Assembly: GCA_011364905.1 (NCBI GenBank)
Contig: RDNZ01000036.1
Coordinates: 1-29,654 of the forward strand
Direction: 5' to 3'
DNA: 29,654 bases
Source of the DNA: Candidatus Thorarchaeota archaeon
Lineage (GTDB): Archaea > Asgardarchaeota > Thorarchaeia > Thorarchaeales > Thorarchaeaceae
Made by a program: the position numbers and the translations under genes. The notes below the pieces were generated by a model. That model did no database searches. It was not told the DNA's origin and was given only the letters and a program-made list of their open reading frames with translations. This document shows, piece by piece, positions 9,109-18,642 of the stretch. Every line of letters starts with the position of its first letter. Within the stretch, counting starts at the first letter, position 1.

Positions 9109-9921
9109 TCATCCTGCAATCCGGTATCCTGTACGTCCTGTCACTTCCACGAGACCATCATTCACAAGCTGAGTCATTATTGATTCCAATTCTGATTCAT
9201 CCATATTGCAGTCGAGCAACTTCATGATCTCTCCAAGCGCGAGCTCGGGTGTTCCTGTCAGAGCTCGAATGACTGCACCCCTGACCTGTCTTGATGATCC
9301 CTCATAGCATGACTGTTTTGAAGTCGGCGATATTCCGGTGTTGCTTGAAGTCATTACTTGCGATCCATAGTCCATCAACGCATTGTGCCAGTCCCGAGAC
9401 CTGCCTTTCAATAATACAGCTTCTGCAATAGACTGAAGTTGTTTCTCCGACATCTCCTCTGTCGCAAATCCCTCTGCAATCAGAACTCGCCGAATGTTCG
9501 TGTCCACGGCTGCGAGGTCCTTGTTGAACGCAAATATGAGAACCGACCGAGAGGTGTAAGGGCCCACCCCTCTCAGTTTGTTCAGCTCCTCTAAGGACTG
9601 AGGAAATTCATGTTTCTCAACAATCTGTCTTGCTGCTTCTTTCAACCATACTGCACGGCGATTGTATCCTAATCCACTCCAGACCTGCAAAAGACGCTTG
9701 GTTTCAGCCTCGGCTAATGCTTCAATCGTTGGAAATGACTCCATGAACTCATTGAACTTGGGAACAACTCGACTGACTTGGGTCTGTTGCAGCATGATCT
9801 CTGACACAAGGACTCTATACGGGGTGGGTTCTTTTCTCCACGGCAAATCGCGAGTGTTCTCTTTCCACCAGTCCATGATTTTGGTTTGGAATGCGGATAT
9901 CTCTTTTGGCTCATGTTCCAT
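9109..9921 (-). CDS. mutY: A/G-specific adenine glycosylase (MutY-like, HhH-GPD), short form without the FeS motif
   Basis: RDLPWR, VSEIMLQQTQV, WSGLGYNRRA, LRGVGPYT (HhH), VDTNIRRV, ALMDYG. Start at ATG 9921. Confidence 0.85.
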   Translation of the reverse strand: MEHEPKEISAFQTKIMDWWKENTRDLPWRKEPTPYRVLVSEIMLQQTQVSRVVPKFNEFMESFPTIEALAEAETKRLLQVWSGLGYNRRAVWLKEAARQIVEKHEFPQSLEELNKLRGVGPYTSRSVLIFAFNKDLAAVDTNIRRVLIAEGFATEEMSEKQLQSIAEAVLLKGRSRDWHNALMDYGSQVMTSSNTGISPTSKQSCYEGSSRQVRGAVIRALTGTPELALGEIMKLLDCNMDESELESIMTQLVNDGLVEVTGRTGYRIAG

Positions 9922-10188
9922 TGTCACACATTCGCACCTGCTCTTTTTCACTTTGAAATCTTTCTGCTTATATTATCTGAAAGTGGCCAAATCTGTGGTG
10001 AATTCCGTTGATGAGAACGGAATACACATATCTTGTAAGGACTATGGTTTCAATGAAATGCATGGTTAAGGATAAAGACGAAAAGAGATTTATGAATTCT
10101 TATTTCAGTTTTAAAAACTATATGGACCCTAGCAATTCATTTTACGCAGTTCATAAACTTTATTCATTATGTTATTGGGGTGGCTTAC

Positions 10189-12015
10189 ATGGGCGACGAT
10201 AAACGATATGCTCCTGTAATCAGACGCCTTGAAAAGCGAATGAGGAACTATGTGGAGAATGGACCCACGCCTGGTGCTACATTGTCTGTGGTCACTAGTG
10301 CCGGTCCTGTTTGGAAAGAGGGATTTGGCTATCGCGACCTGGCGAAGTCAGGGCCTGTCGACACGCAGACAATTTTCCAGATTGGATCTACAACAAAGAT
10401 ATTCACTGGGCTCTCGTTCATGTTGGCTGTTCAGGATGGTCTTGTGTCCCTCGACGACAAGGTGATTGATCACTGGCCTGATTTCACCATTAACTCCAGA
10501 CATGGACCGAAGGAGCATGAGAAAATCACATTTAGGCACCTCCTTTCTCATAGAGCTGGTCTACCAAGAGAACCTCGTATCGGCGGGAACTTCGGTAGTG
10601 AGAGTCCATACGCCTTCGAGGAGATGGTTGAAAGCATCAAAGAATGCTGGATGGTTGCTCCTGTCAATGATCGATACTACTACTCAAACATAGGAATGGA
10701 CATTGTAGCCTACTCACTCCAGTTTGCAACAGGAATGACTTACCCTAGTTGGGTGAAGAAGAAACTCGGTGTGCCTCTTGGCATGACAACGCTCAGATAT
10801 GGCAGCGGTGAAGCGCTCAAAGAAGATAATGTTGCAATAGGAACTGAAACTGGTAGGTACGAGTGCGAATTTGGTGCCTCTGAAGACTATGGCTGTGGTG
10901 ATGTCTGGATTGGTCAGGATGACCTCTCGAAGGTCCTCATCCTCTTTCTGAGCGAGGGCAAGTACAAAGGAACCACCATTCTGAGAAATGACCTATTCCG
11001 TCAAATGATAACGCCTCACTTTGAAAAAGACCAAGGTTTCAACTACGGTCTGGGTGTTGATATCTATGGCGGATTCACTCCAAGAATCCTAGGACATGGT
11101 GGAGGGTCCTTCGGATATGCAAGTACCTTCTACTGGATTCCAGATTTTGATTTTGGAGTAAGTGTGCAAACAAATAGAGAGGATTACACTGGTGAGAGGA
11201 AGAACCCACATGAGCTAGGAAAAGACGCAGGAGCACAACTTCTCAAGGCACATGGTGTCACTTTGGCTCGTAAACAACCCGCAGAATTCCTCGAAGAGAA
11301 ATTAGAAACTCCTGTTGTGGAGGACTTGTCCAGGCTAGCGGGATTCTATGCTGGTCTCTGGAACAACACTGTTGTCGTCACCCTTAAGGGTGGAAAACTA
11401 TATTGGCATGATCAATTCGAGCTCACGCCTCGCGGGAATGGATTCACTTTCCCATCTGGGAGTGCTGTGAGATTCAATTTCAAATCGAAGAAATCTAGGA
11501 CTCCATATCGTGTGACATATGTGGGTCTGAAATATCCTATAGCTGAGCTCAACCTGTCACGCGTGACACCTGTTGGGCCGAATCCAAATGTCCCTCCCAT
11601 TGACACTGAGCTGGCTGAAAGGATAACTGGTATTTACAAAGCCAACTATTATGGGATTGAGCCAACCTTCAATCTGGCTAAGGTTGATGATGGTCAGCTA
11701 CTTATCCAGACAGAGGTAGGTCTAAGACCTGCCTATCCCCATGAATCCATCAAGGGCCTATGGTTCCTACCCAAGGGCGAAGCAGTTACTTTTAATGGCA
11801 GAGATCAACTCTGGGTTGAGAACTGTCGGGGAGTCAAGTGGGAGAGTCCTGCCAAAGAACTTCGAACTCTGGTTAAGACTGACCCCAAACACCGACTACT
11901 CCAGAAGAGGGTGCTTAATCAGATCATGTATCATCTAAGGAATCTCGGTCGAAAACAAGAGGCAAAGGAGGTCGATGCAATCAAGAAAGAGATTCACGGA
12001 AAAAAGAAGGAGTGA
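10189..12015 (+). CDS. Serine hydrolase, beta-lactamase class C / peptidase S12 family, with C-terminal extension
   Basis: IGSTTK (SxxK), LLSHRAGL, YYYSN and GHGG motifs. GTG 10180 is an alternative start. Confidence 0.92.
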   Translation: MGDDKRYAPVIRRLEKRMRNYVENGPTPGATLSVVTSAGPVWKEGFGYRDLAKSGPVDTQTIFQIGSTTKIFTGLSFMLAVQDGLVSLDDKVIDHWPDFTINSRHGPKEHEKITFRHLLSHRAGLPREPRIGGNFGSESPYAFEEMVESIKECWMVAPVNDRYYYSNIGMDIVAYSLQFATGMTYPSWVKKKLGVPLGMTTLRYGSGEALKEDNVAIGTETGRYECEFGASEDYGCGDVWIGQDDLSKVLILFLSEGKYKGTTILRNDLFRQMITPHFEKDQGFNYGLGVDIYGGFTPRILGHGGGSFGYASTFYWIPDFDFGVSVQTNREDYTGERKNPHELGKDAGAQLLKAHGVTLARKQPAEFLEEKLETPVVEDLSRLAGFYAGLWNNTVVVTLKGGKLYWHDQFELTPRGNGFTFPSGSAVRFNFKSKKSRTPYRVTYVGLKYPIAELNLSRVTPVGPNPNVPPIDTELAERITGIYKANYYGIEPTFNLAKVDDGQLLIQTEVGLRPAYPHESIKGLWFLPKGEAVTFNGRDQLWVENCRGVKWESPAKELRTLVKTDPKHRLLQKRVLNQIMYHLRNLGRKQEAKEVDAIKKEIHGKKKE

Positions 12016-12089
12016 GCTAATAGATAATACCGCTATCCAATACAATCCTGCTCGTTTTATATCGTGTCGATGCTAGAAGAATCAAGATT

Positions 12090-13859
12090 TTATTTAGCAT
12101 GAACATCGGAGATTGTTCCAAGACGTTTCCCTAGGATTTCGAGAAACATTGTGTCACGCTTCAGAGACTTTTCATCTTCGATAGTCTGGTTATATGCGAT
12201 TGTGTAGAGTGTCTTGATTCTACTCACGTTGCTTCGTATTCGACCAAGACTCTGTTCATATCTCTCAAGCGAAGCAGTGGTCCCATAGTAGAAACAGACA
12301 TCTGCCTCTGGAAGGTCTGTCCCTTTCTCAATAAGCCTCTCCGATGCAAAAAGTACCTTTTTCTCGCCATCCTTGAATGATTTGATCTGACTGTATTGAG
12401 TCGCTCCATCCATCCCTCCATGCACAAAAGTGGCTGAGATACCCTTTGACTCTGCGAGTGTGGTCAGATGCTTTGTGACCTCGACGAAGCGACACATGAC
12501 CAGCGATTTCTTTTCTTCCTTACTCATCATATCCAACCAGAACAGTAGTCGTTCCTCCTTCGGGCTCAGATAGCCATCAGATGAGAGATACAATGCCATC
12601 TTCTCACTCACCTCTTGCCTAAATGTCAGGAAGTCATCACTTGCCAGTAGGATTTTGTTCTCTATGCCTTCAATGAACTTGGAGAGTGCCTTGAGAGTAC
12701 TCTCTAAGAGCCGCTGTCTCGCCACGGTCATCAACAGATATGCACTGGCATGAGAGAGAAAGGAATGATATCGTTCCTGATTGTTGCCAAGTTTCTCGAG
12801 AAGGTTCTTCTGAAGGGACTTCTTGCCCAGCAGGTCTGAGACAAAGAGAAGAATCCGATCTTTCGGTATCTGACTCTTTCCTGTAAGGATCTTATAGGCT
12901 TTTGATAACTGAGAAAATGATACCTGCCGGATATTGCCAACTCTGGAATCAGCATCCGACACCCAATCATCAAAGACTCGGATTCGTTTCAAATCATACG
13001 CTGGTCTATATTCCTCGAAATCATCGCCCACTGGATGTATCTCAACAACCCGGTCCTGCCCAAGCGTGGTCCTGAGAAGATCTATCTTTGTTTCCTGAGA
13101 GATGGATGCAGTGAGTCCAACCACAATCTTTTCAGACTCTGATGACATGATTCCCAGGAGATTCAATATGGGTTCGAACTTTTTGTTCAAGCGGTAGTTC
13201 TTCGACTCAAACTCTTGGATCAGTAGTTCTGAAATGCCACCCTCATTGAACTCTCTACCATTAGCCTTCTCTCTCTTCTCAAGCTCCTCCTTCAACTCCC
13301 TCACAATCTGGGAGAATCTCCTTCCTCCTCCGAATCTTCGTTCAATATACTCAATTGTTTCTTCCCGCGGTTTCTTCATGCCATAGCTCTGGGCGAAAAC
13401 ATCGAAAATCTCATCGATGATGACTAGTCTGATTTTGTCAAGAGTATCTCTGTCTATTCGTGGGGCTTTTCCGATCACTGCATTCATGAGCAGAATGGGA
13501 GTGGCAAAGATGAACTTGGAGAGAGCTGTGTGGTTTCGAGTCATCTTCGGTGGTATGCCCTTCTGCTGGTCCAACAGGTAGAGATGACCATGTTTAGCAA
13601 GACCATAACTCGTCATCATCTCATGGAGCTGGTGTTTCAGCTTCCGGTCTTGAACAAGGAAGAGAACCTTCTCATCCTCTGAAATATCGCCCCGCTCTAT
13701 GAGCATCTCCACGATGAGAGCTGCAATCAGGGTCTTTCCCATCCCTGTAGGCAACAAAATCAGGAATGCTGTTTTGTCTTCATTCTCAAGGTTGTATATG
13801 ACCTGGTCTCTTGCGTTAATCTGGTACGACCTCGGTTCAAAGAGTGCTTCTTCACCCAT
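12090..13859 (-). CDS. SF2 DEAD/DEAH-box helicase, Hef/Mph1(FANCM)-like, without a nuclease domain
   Basis: EPRSYQ Q-motif, LPTGMGKT Walker A, ATP, IIDE, GLTAS, HGGM, GTDLPEAD, QSLGR. Confidence 0.82.
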   Translation of the reverse strand: MGEEALFEPRSYQINARDQVIYNLENEDKTAFLILLPTGMGKTLIAALIVEMLIERGDISEDEKVLFLVQDRKLKHQLHEMMTSYGLAKHGHLYLLDQQKGIPPKMTRNHTALSKFIFATPILLMNAVIGKAPRIDRDTLDKIRLVIIDEIFDVFAQSYGMKKPREETIEYIERRFGGGRRFSQIVRELKEELEKREKANGREFNEGGISELLIQEFESKNYRLNKKFEPILNLLGIMSSESEKIVVGLTASISQETKIDLLRTTLGQDRVVEIHPVGDDFEEYRPAYDLKRIRVFDDWVSDADSRVGNIRQVSFSQLSKAYKILTGKSQIPKDRILLFVSDLLGKKSLQKNLLEKLGNNQERYHSFLSHASAYLLMTVARQRLLESTLKALSKFIEGIENKILLASDDFLTFRQEVSEKMALYLSSDGYLSPKEERLLFWLDMMSKEEKKSLVMCRFVEVTKHLTTLAESKGISATFVHGGMDGATQYSQIKSFKDGEKKVLFASERLIEKGTDLPEADVCFYYGTTASLERYEQSLGRIRSNVSRIKTLYTIAYNQTIEDEKSLKRDTMFLEILGKRLGTISDVHAK

Positions 13860-13907
13860 GATTCTTCCATCGATGTTTTTTCTTTATAAATAATTGAAAA
13901 TGTGTAA

Positions 13908-13985
13908 CTACCAGACCTGTTCAAGCATTCTCAGAGCATTCTTTCCAGCTACCTTGGAAATCTCATCATCTGGCATTCCCGCACC
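13908..13985 (-). pseudogene. Relic C-terminus of a membrane dipeptidase (peptidase M19) / amidohydrolase-fold gene
   Basis: Minus frame reads GAGMPDDEISKVAGKNALRMLEQVW*, matching the family's G-x-x-x-x-EI-x-K-x-x-G-x-N-x-LR-x(4)-W end. The frame is closed upstream by a TAG at about 14034. Confidence 0.55.
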
Positions 13986-14101
13986 TGGGACAAGATAGAG
14001 TAGTTCCAATGTGCACACCAACCATGGAACTGTCTACAATCGAGTATTATACACTTTCGAGTTGCGTAAGACTCATCAGATAGGACTCAAACTGAGGTTG
14101 T

Positions 14102-15067
14102 ATGTCACAAGAAACAATACTCCGAACACCTGATTCACGATTTGAAGGTCTTCCTGATTATGACTTTCAACCAAACTATATGGAGATTACAGGACTTCGT
14201 ATCCACTATGTCGATGAAGGCCCCAAGGATGCCGCTCCCATTCTTCTGATGCATGGTGAACCCTCTTGGAGCTACTTATACCGGAAAATGATTCCTCCTC
14301 TAGCCAACGAAGGGTTCCGAGTCATTGCACCTGATCTATTTGGCTTTGGGAAGTCTGACAAATCGTCCCGTACAAGTGACTACTCCCACACGCGACATGT
14401 CAATGTTGTCCATGAGTTTGTAAGGGGGCTTGACATCAGGGACATCACACTCTTTTGTCAGGATTGGGGTGGTCTTATAGGTCTGCGAGTGGTAGGAGAA
14501 GAGCCACAGAGATTCTCAAGAATCATAGCCGCCAATACGGGTCTTCCTAGTGCCAGGGGACTCAGGGCCATATTTGGATACCCCCTTTTCAAGATGCGAA
14601 TCAGACGCTTGGGAAAAGTGACACAAGAACAGCTCCAAGAGCATTCGAATCTCATGAGATGGGTGGCTTTTTCGAAGACAGTTTCTGAACTTCCAATTGG
14701 CCCTATCTTACAGATGGCAACCATGTCGAATTTGTCATCCGATGTTATCAGGGCATATGAGGCTCCTTTTCCAGATGAATCATACAAAGCCGCAGCCCGA
14801 ATCATGCCGTACTTAGTACCCTCCGAATTATCCAAGAATCGAAAAGTCTGGGACAATGTCCTTTCAAAATGGGAGAAACCCTTCCTCACAGCCTTCAGTG
14901 ACCGTGATCCAATAACCAGAGGAGGCGAGAGGTACTTCCAGAAGATGATACCCGGTGCTAAAGGCCAGGAACATGTCACAATAAGGGGTGCCGGCCACTT
15001 TCTGCAAGAGGATAAGGGTGAGGACTTATCTAAGATTATTCTAAACTTCATCTCACAGAGTGAGTAA
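14102..15067 (+). CDS. Haloalkane dehalogenase (alpha/beta hydrolase)
   Basis: LRTPDSRF, HGEPSWSYLYRKMIP, QDWGG nucleophile elbow, YEAPFP, FSDRDPIT, AGHFLQED. Confidence 0.93.
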   Translation: MSQETILRTPDSRFEGLPDYDFQPNYMEITGLRIHYVDEGPKDAAPILLMHGEPSWSYLYRKMIPPLANEGFRVIAPDLFGFGKSDKSSRTSDYSHTRHVNVVHEFVRGLDIRDITLFCQDWGGLIGLRVVGEEPQRFSRIIAANTGLPSARGLRAIFGYPLFKMRIRRLGKVTQEQLQEHSNLMRWVAFSKTVSELPIGPILQMATMSNLSSDVIRAYEAPFPDESYKAAARIMPYLVPSELSKNRKVWDNVLSKWEKPFLTAFSDRDPITRGGERYFQKMIPGAKGQEHVTIRGAGHFLQEDKGEDLSKIILNFISQSE

Positions 15068-15173
15068 CGCCTTCAACTTGTTCCCATGCCCACGCTAGGA
15101 ATCCAAGACAATAGGAATTATATTAGAAACGATGTCACCTGAGTTCAACATTCGACAGAACGGAGTCATAATA

Positions 15174-15398
15174 ATGACTTGTTATTTCAAGAACTCTCGT
15201 ATGAAGGAACTACTCGTTGAGATTGAAGTTGAACCTACCAAAGAAAACATCAAAGCGGTCGATGAAATCCTTCATGAGATGCTGAGCGTCGACTATCCCA
15301 ACTGTGCGGCCACTTGGAAGATGCTTCGCAAAAAGCTCAAGTATGATGCCAAGGGATTTACCGAGCGGCTAAAAGAGGCGGTTCATGGGCGTCTATAG
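15174..15398 (+). CDS. Small conserved hypothetical protein (MTCYF family), copy 2
   Basis: MTCYFKN...ILHEMLSVDYPNCAATWK aligns with the 2420 product. Start at ATG 15174. Confidence 0.85.
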   Translation: MTCYFKNSRMKELLVEIEVEPTKENIKAVDEILHEMLSVDYPNCAATWKMLRKKLKYDAKGFTERLKEAVHGRL

Positions 15399-15494
15399 TT
15401 CACGCTATCTATTGTCACATGAGTCCATTTAGATTTAGTTATCTTTTTGTGTACAAACGACAATATAGTATCCTGCGTTCAGGAGGTCCCGACA

Positions 15495-15719
15495 TTGGTC
15501 GTCGTTATAGTGCTAATTCAAGTCAAAGCAGGAACCATAGGTTCTGCTTTTGATGCAATCGAGAAGGTCAAGGATATCCAACATGTCCATATGGTAACCG
15601 GACCGTACGACATCATTGCATATGCTGACATACCTGTAAAAGCTGGTTTTCGAAGGCTGGTTGAAGCGATTCATGATGCACCCGGTGTTGAGAGAACAGA
15701 AACCTGTATGTCAATCTGA
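15495..15719 (+). CDS. Stand-alone Lrp/AsnC ligand-binding (RAM) domain protein
   Basis: VLIQV, MVTGPYDIIA and GVERTET pattern; no HTH. AGGAGG at 15481 precedes TTG 15495. Confidence 0.88.
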   Translation: MVVVIVLIQVKAGTIGSAFDAIEKVKDIQHVHMVTGPYDIIAYADIPVKAGFRRLVEAIHDAPGVERTETCMSI

Positions 15720-15814
15720 TGCTTGACACTCGAACTCTTGCTCTTCAATGGATTGTGGGAATTCTAGTGGATACTACAATCCCACTCTAAGGCCCCTATT
15801 AAGAACTCAAAGGG

Positions 15815-16351
15815 CTATCTTCCAGCGGCATAAAGGACAGTAGCTGTAGTCGCCAGAAGCTCATGCTCCTCGCAGAGTTCATCAGTCAGTTCTGTTCTGG
15901 ATATAGCAAAGTAGTCCGAGTCTGAACTCATAATGCCTTTCGGGCCTTCTATCTTGAGACGCACTAGGAAAGCAACAGCTCGTGATGTCGCGCTGTCCTT
16001 GCTAATTGGCTTTCTTGTTTCCTTATAGTGCACCATGACCAATCTCTCAACGAAAGAGATCCTCTGCCAAAACATTCCAACATCCATGTGAATCTTGAGT
16101 GCCACTACGTCGCCAAGAGAATCCAGTACAAAAACTCCGCATGTGTTCCTAGGCAGACTCCCAACTATCACCTTGTGTACATACTCTGTAAGTATGGTTC
16201 TGCTAAGTCTTCGTCTGATTCGAGTCCGACTGTCCCGCCGCACTATTGGGACGATGACAATCCCTGGATATGAAAGGGGCTCACCTAAACCCAATATCTG
16301 GCCCCTGAGGACCTCGTCGGCCACCACTCTCACGCAATCAGACCCGCTCAT
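15815..16351 (-). CDS. Hypothetical protein, possibly a degenerate DUF6569/ARPP-1-like domain
   Basis: ATG with GAGGAG upstream; LGEPLSYPGIVIVPI and CGVFVLDSLGDVVALKI segments resemble that family's two ends. The family call is tentative. Confidence 0.55.
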   Translation of the reverse strand: MSGSDCVRVVADEVLRGQILGLGEPLSYPGIVIVPIVRRDSRTRIRRRLSRTILTEYVHKVIVGSLPRNTCGVFVLDSLGDVVALKIHMDVGMFWQRISFVERLVMVHYKETRKPISKDSATSRAVAFLVRLKIEGPKGIMSSDSDYFAISRTELTDELCEEHELLATTATVLYAAGR

Positions 16352-16375
16352 CTATCTCTCCTCGTAACCTGCAAA

Positions 16376-16399
16376 TTGTAATAGTATTACGTATTACAA
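16376..16399. promoter_or_regulatory. Palindromic operator-like site upstream of the 15815-16351 gene
   Basis: TTGTAATA-N8-TATTACAA perfect inverted repeat between a minus-strand TTTATATT box (about 16410-16417) and the start codon. Confidence 0.5.
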
Positions 16400-16555
16400 C
16401 ACACAAATGAATATAAACTCTTCTAATTGCGGCGCATGCGCAAAAATAATGCGGGTAATGCTTCGGAAGACGATCAGTGTTATCAAGAAATGGGGCGAGC
16501 TTGAAAAGGTAGAGGAACACGCATTCTACCACTCAAAATACAAGTTTCACTTTCA

Positions 16556-16599
16556 TTAGTTTTCAAAGGAAGAACTCTTTGAGTTCTTTCCGAAACTAA
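16556..16599. repeat. Imperfect inverted repeat (hairpin)
   Basis: Core AAGAACTC-TTT-GAGTTCTT, extendable through GG/CC and TTAGTT(T)TC/GAAACTAA with bulges. Confidence 0.5.
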
Positions 16600-16801
16600 A
16601 GATTCAATACTATACACAGGGACTCACCTTCAATCGAAGAGTATCACGACTCACCGGTGTTATCCAATGTGTTGGGCAAAGAATGAAATAGTACATGGTC
16701 TGGTAATCATGGGCGCAGACGAGCGTGACAGACATAGCTGAACCATTCTCAAGTTTTAATAGTCTTTAATCGATTCTTTCCTCCACATATGAGGTTTGAA
16801 G

Positions 16802-17266
16802 ATGAAGAAAGTCCTAGTCGTCGTTGACACGAAGTTTGGAAACACCGAACAGGTCGGAAGAGAAATTGCCGCTGGGATTGAAGAAACCGGAGTGGCAGAG
16901 TGCAAGGTCATTGGCATCAAAGAAGTAAAATCCGAAGACTTCTCTAGCTATGATGGTGTGCTCTTCGGCGGACCAGTTCATGCGTTCAGGGCGACGCGTG
17001 GAATCAAGGGAGCTATAAAGGATGCAGCCAACAAGGGCCTTGACGGGAAGTTGGTTTCAAGCTTTGACACCCATCAGTCACCGGGACACAAGGGAAATGC
17101 AGCCCGGCAGATTGAGGGAGAGGTCGGTAAGAAGGCACCGGGTGCCAAGATCTTCACCCCAGGTCTTTCTGCCCGTGTTGATGGTTATGAGGGTCCGCTC
17201 AATGCTGCTGAACCAGCAAGGGCCAGGGAGTTTGGCAAGCGATTTGTTGACGAGCTAACTGAATAG
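16802..17266 (+). CDS. Flavodoxin family protein
   Basis: DTKFGNTEQ FMN loop, YDGVLFGGP, SFDT, GPL...E..RAREFG. Confidence 0.9.
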   Translation: MKKVLVVVDTKFGNTEQVGREIAAGIEETGVAECKVIGIKEVKSEDFSSYDGVLFGGPVHAFRATRGIKGAIKDAANKGLDGKLVSSFDTHQSPGHKGNAARQIEGEVGKKAPGAKIFTPGLSARVDGYEGPLNAAEPARAREFGKRFVDELTE

Positions 17267-17296
17267 AGTCATACGAATCGGCAATTCAGATTGACC

Positions 17297-17322
17297 TTTC
17301 TGAGAGGCTCAGGCCTCTGAAA
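17297..17322 (+). terminator. Possible terminator hairpin after the flavodoxin gene
   Basis: TTTC-TG-AGAGGC-TCAG-GCCTCT-GAAA stem-loop about 30 nt after the stop; no U-tract. Confidence 0.3.
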
Positions 17323-17409
17323 CTATACCTCCATGCAATAAATCAATGGGTTTTATATCAAACCGATGTAATAGGTATGTTTTGATAAACATGCAGAGGA
17401 GGTGAAAAA

Positions 17410-17703
17410 ATGCCGATATTTGTGGTACTGGGTAATCTGACAGAGAAAGGTATCAAGAGTATCAAGGATGGGCCAAAACGACTGAAAGAAAGTGAGAAAC
17501 TCATCGAGTCACTCGGTGGGAAGCTCTTGAGTTTCTACTACACCTTTGGAAAATACGACTGGATCGCAATAACTGAGGGTCCATCACTTGAGACTGCTAT
17601 GAAAACGCTCATGATCTATGGACAGGATGGTACAAATAGGACTAGGACTCTTGTTGCAATGTCTGCTGATGACGTGGAAAAGATAGTCAGCGAGATGCCA
17701 TAG
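17410..17703 (+). CDS. GYD domain protein
   Basis: LGGKLLSFYYTFGKYDW and TRTLVA; strong SD GAGGAGGTGA just upstream. Confidence 0.9.
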   Translation: MPIFVVLGNLTEKGIKSIKDGPKRLKESEKLIESLGGKLLSFYYTFGKYDWIAITEGPSLETAMKTLMIYGQDGTNRTRTLVAMSADDVEKIVSEMP

Positions 17704-17800
17704 CGTGAGTGGCTTCTGTTGTGGAATATGTGTTTCCAGGAATGTGTAATTCCAATTTACTTTGGAGACTATATTGATATCATGACAATGAATCCAGACA

Positions 17801-18634
17801 TTGGGTGAAGGCTACTTGACAGAGCATGAGAAGTTCTTTGAAGCAAACCGCGACCTCTGGGACAAGTTTGCCAAGATCAACTATGAGTCTAAGACTTACA
17901 AGACAAAGGAATTCCTTAGGGGTGAAACCACGCTCAACTCCATTGAGCTGGAAGAACTTGGAGATGTTAAAGGAAAGACACTACTACACCTTCAGTGTCA
18001 CTTTGGGCTTGATACTCTGTCGTGGGGCCGTGAGGGAGCAGTGGTCACAGGCGTTGACTTCTCTGGGGAGGCCATTCAACTGGCCAGAAAACTTGCTGAT
18101 GCGGCTGGTCTGGATGCCAGATTCATTCAGTCTAATATCTACGACCTACCGGAGGTCTTGGATGAGAAGTTCGATATAGTGTTTACTTCCTACGGCGTTC
18201 ACTGCTGGTTAAACGACATTCGCCGATGGGGCGAGATTGTATCTCACTTCGTGAAGCCGGGTGGGACCTTCTACATAGCTGAGTTCCATCCTCTATTGTG
18301 GATCTTTGACTGGGACGCGAAGGATGACTTCAAGATGGTTCGTGGCTACTTCCATAGTCCAACGCCCTGCAAGTTCGATGTCGATGGATCATACGCCGAT
18401 GGTGAAACAAAGTTTGAATCTCAAACTGATTATGAATGGGCACACAGTATGGCGGACGTTATCAATGCAATAATTCACTCTGGTCTTAGAATGGAATTTC
18501 TCCATGAGTTTGCCAAAGCACCGTTCCAATCCTTCCCTTTTCTGAAACAGGCCGATGACGGATACTGGGTCTATGACAATCCAGAGGTTCAACTACCACT
18601 GGTCTACTCGATCAAAGCCGCCAAAGATGAGTAG
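17801..18634 (+). CDS. Class I SAM-dependent methyltransferase
   Basis: LLHLQCHFGLDTLS, VTGVDFS, FDIVFTSYG, KPGGTFYIAEFHP. TTG start at 17801 or 17816. Confidence 0.92.
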   Translation: MGEGYLTEHEKFFEANRDLWDKFAKINYESKTYKTKEFLRGETTLNSIELEELGDVKGKTLLHLQCHFGLDTLSWGREGAVVTGVDFSGEAIQLARKLADAAGLDARFIQSNIYDLPEVLDEKFDIVFTSYGVHCWLNDIRRWGEIVSHFVKPGGTFYIAEFHPLLWIFDWDAKDDFKMVRGYFHSPTPCKFDVDGSYADGETKFESQTDYEWAHSMADVINAIIHSGLRMEFLHEFAKAPFQSFPFLKQADDGYWVYDNPEVQLPLVYSIKAAKDE

Positions 18635-18642
18635 AACCTGTT

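Noticed and set aside
10008-10202. 64-aa ORF in the AT-rich mutY-hydrolase gap
   Set aside because: It spans a divergent promoter region, has atypical composition and shows no motif.
14458-15051. Long antisense ORFs (also 19349-19927, 25764-26231, 9662-10069, 25126-25530, 3-356)
   Set aside because: They are shadows of well-supported genes on the opposite strand and carry no recognisable motifs.
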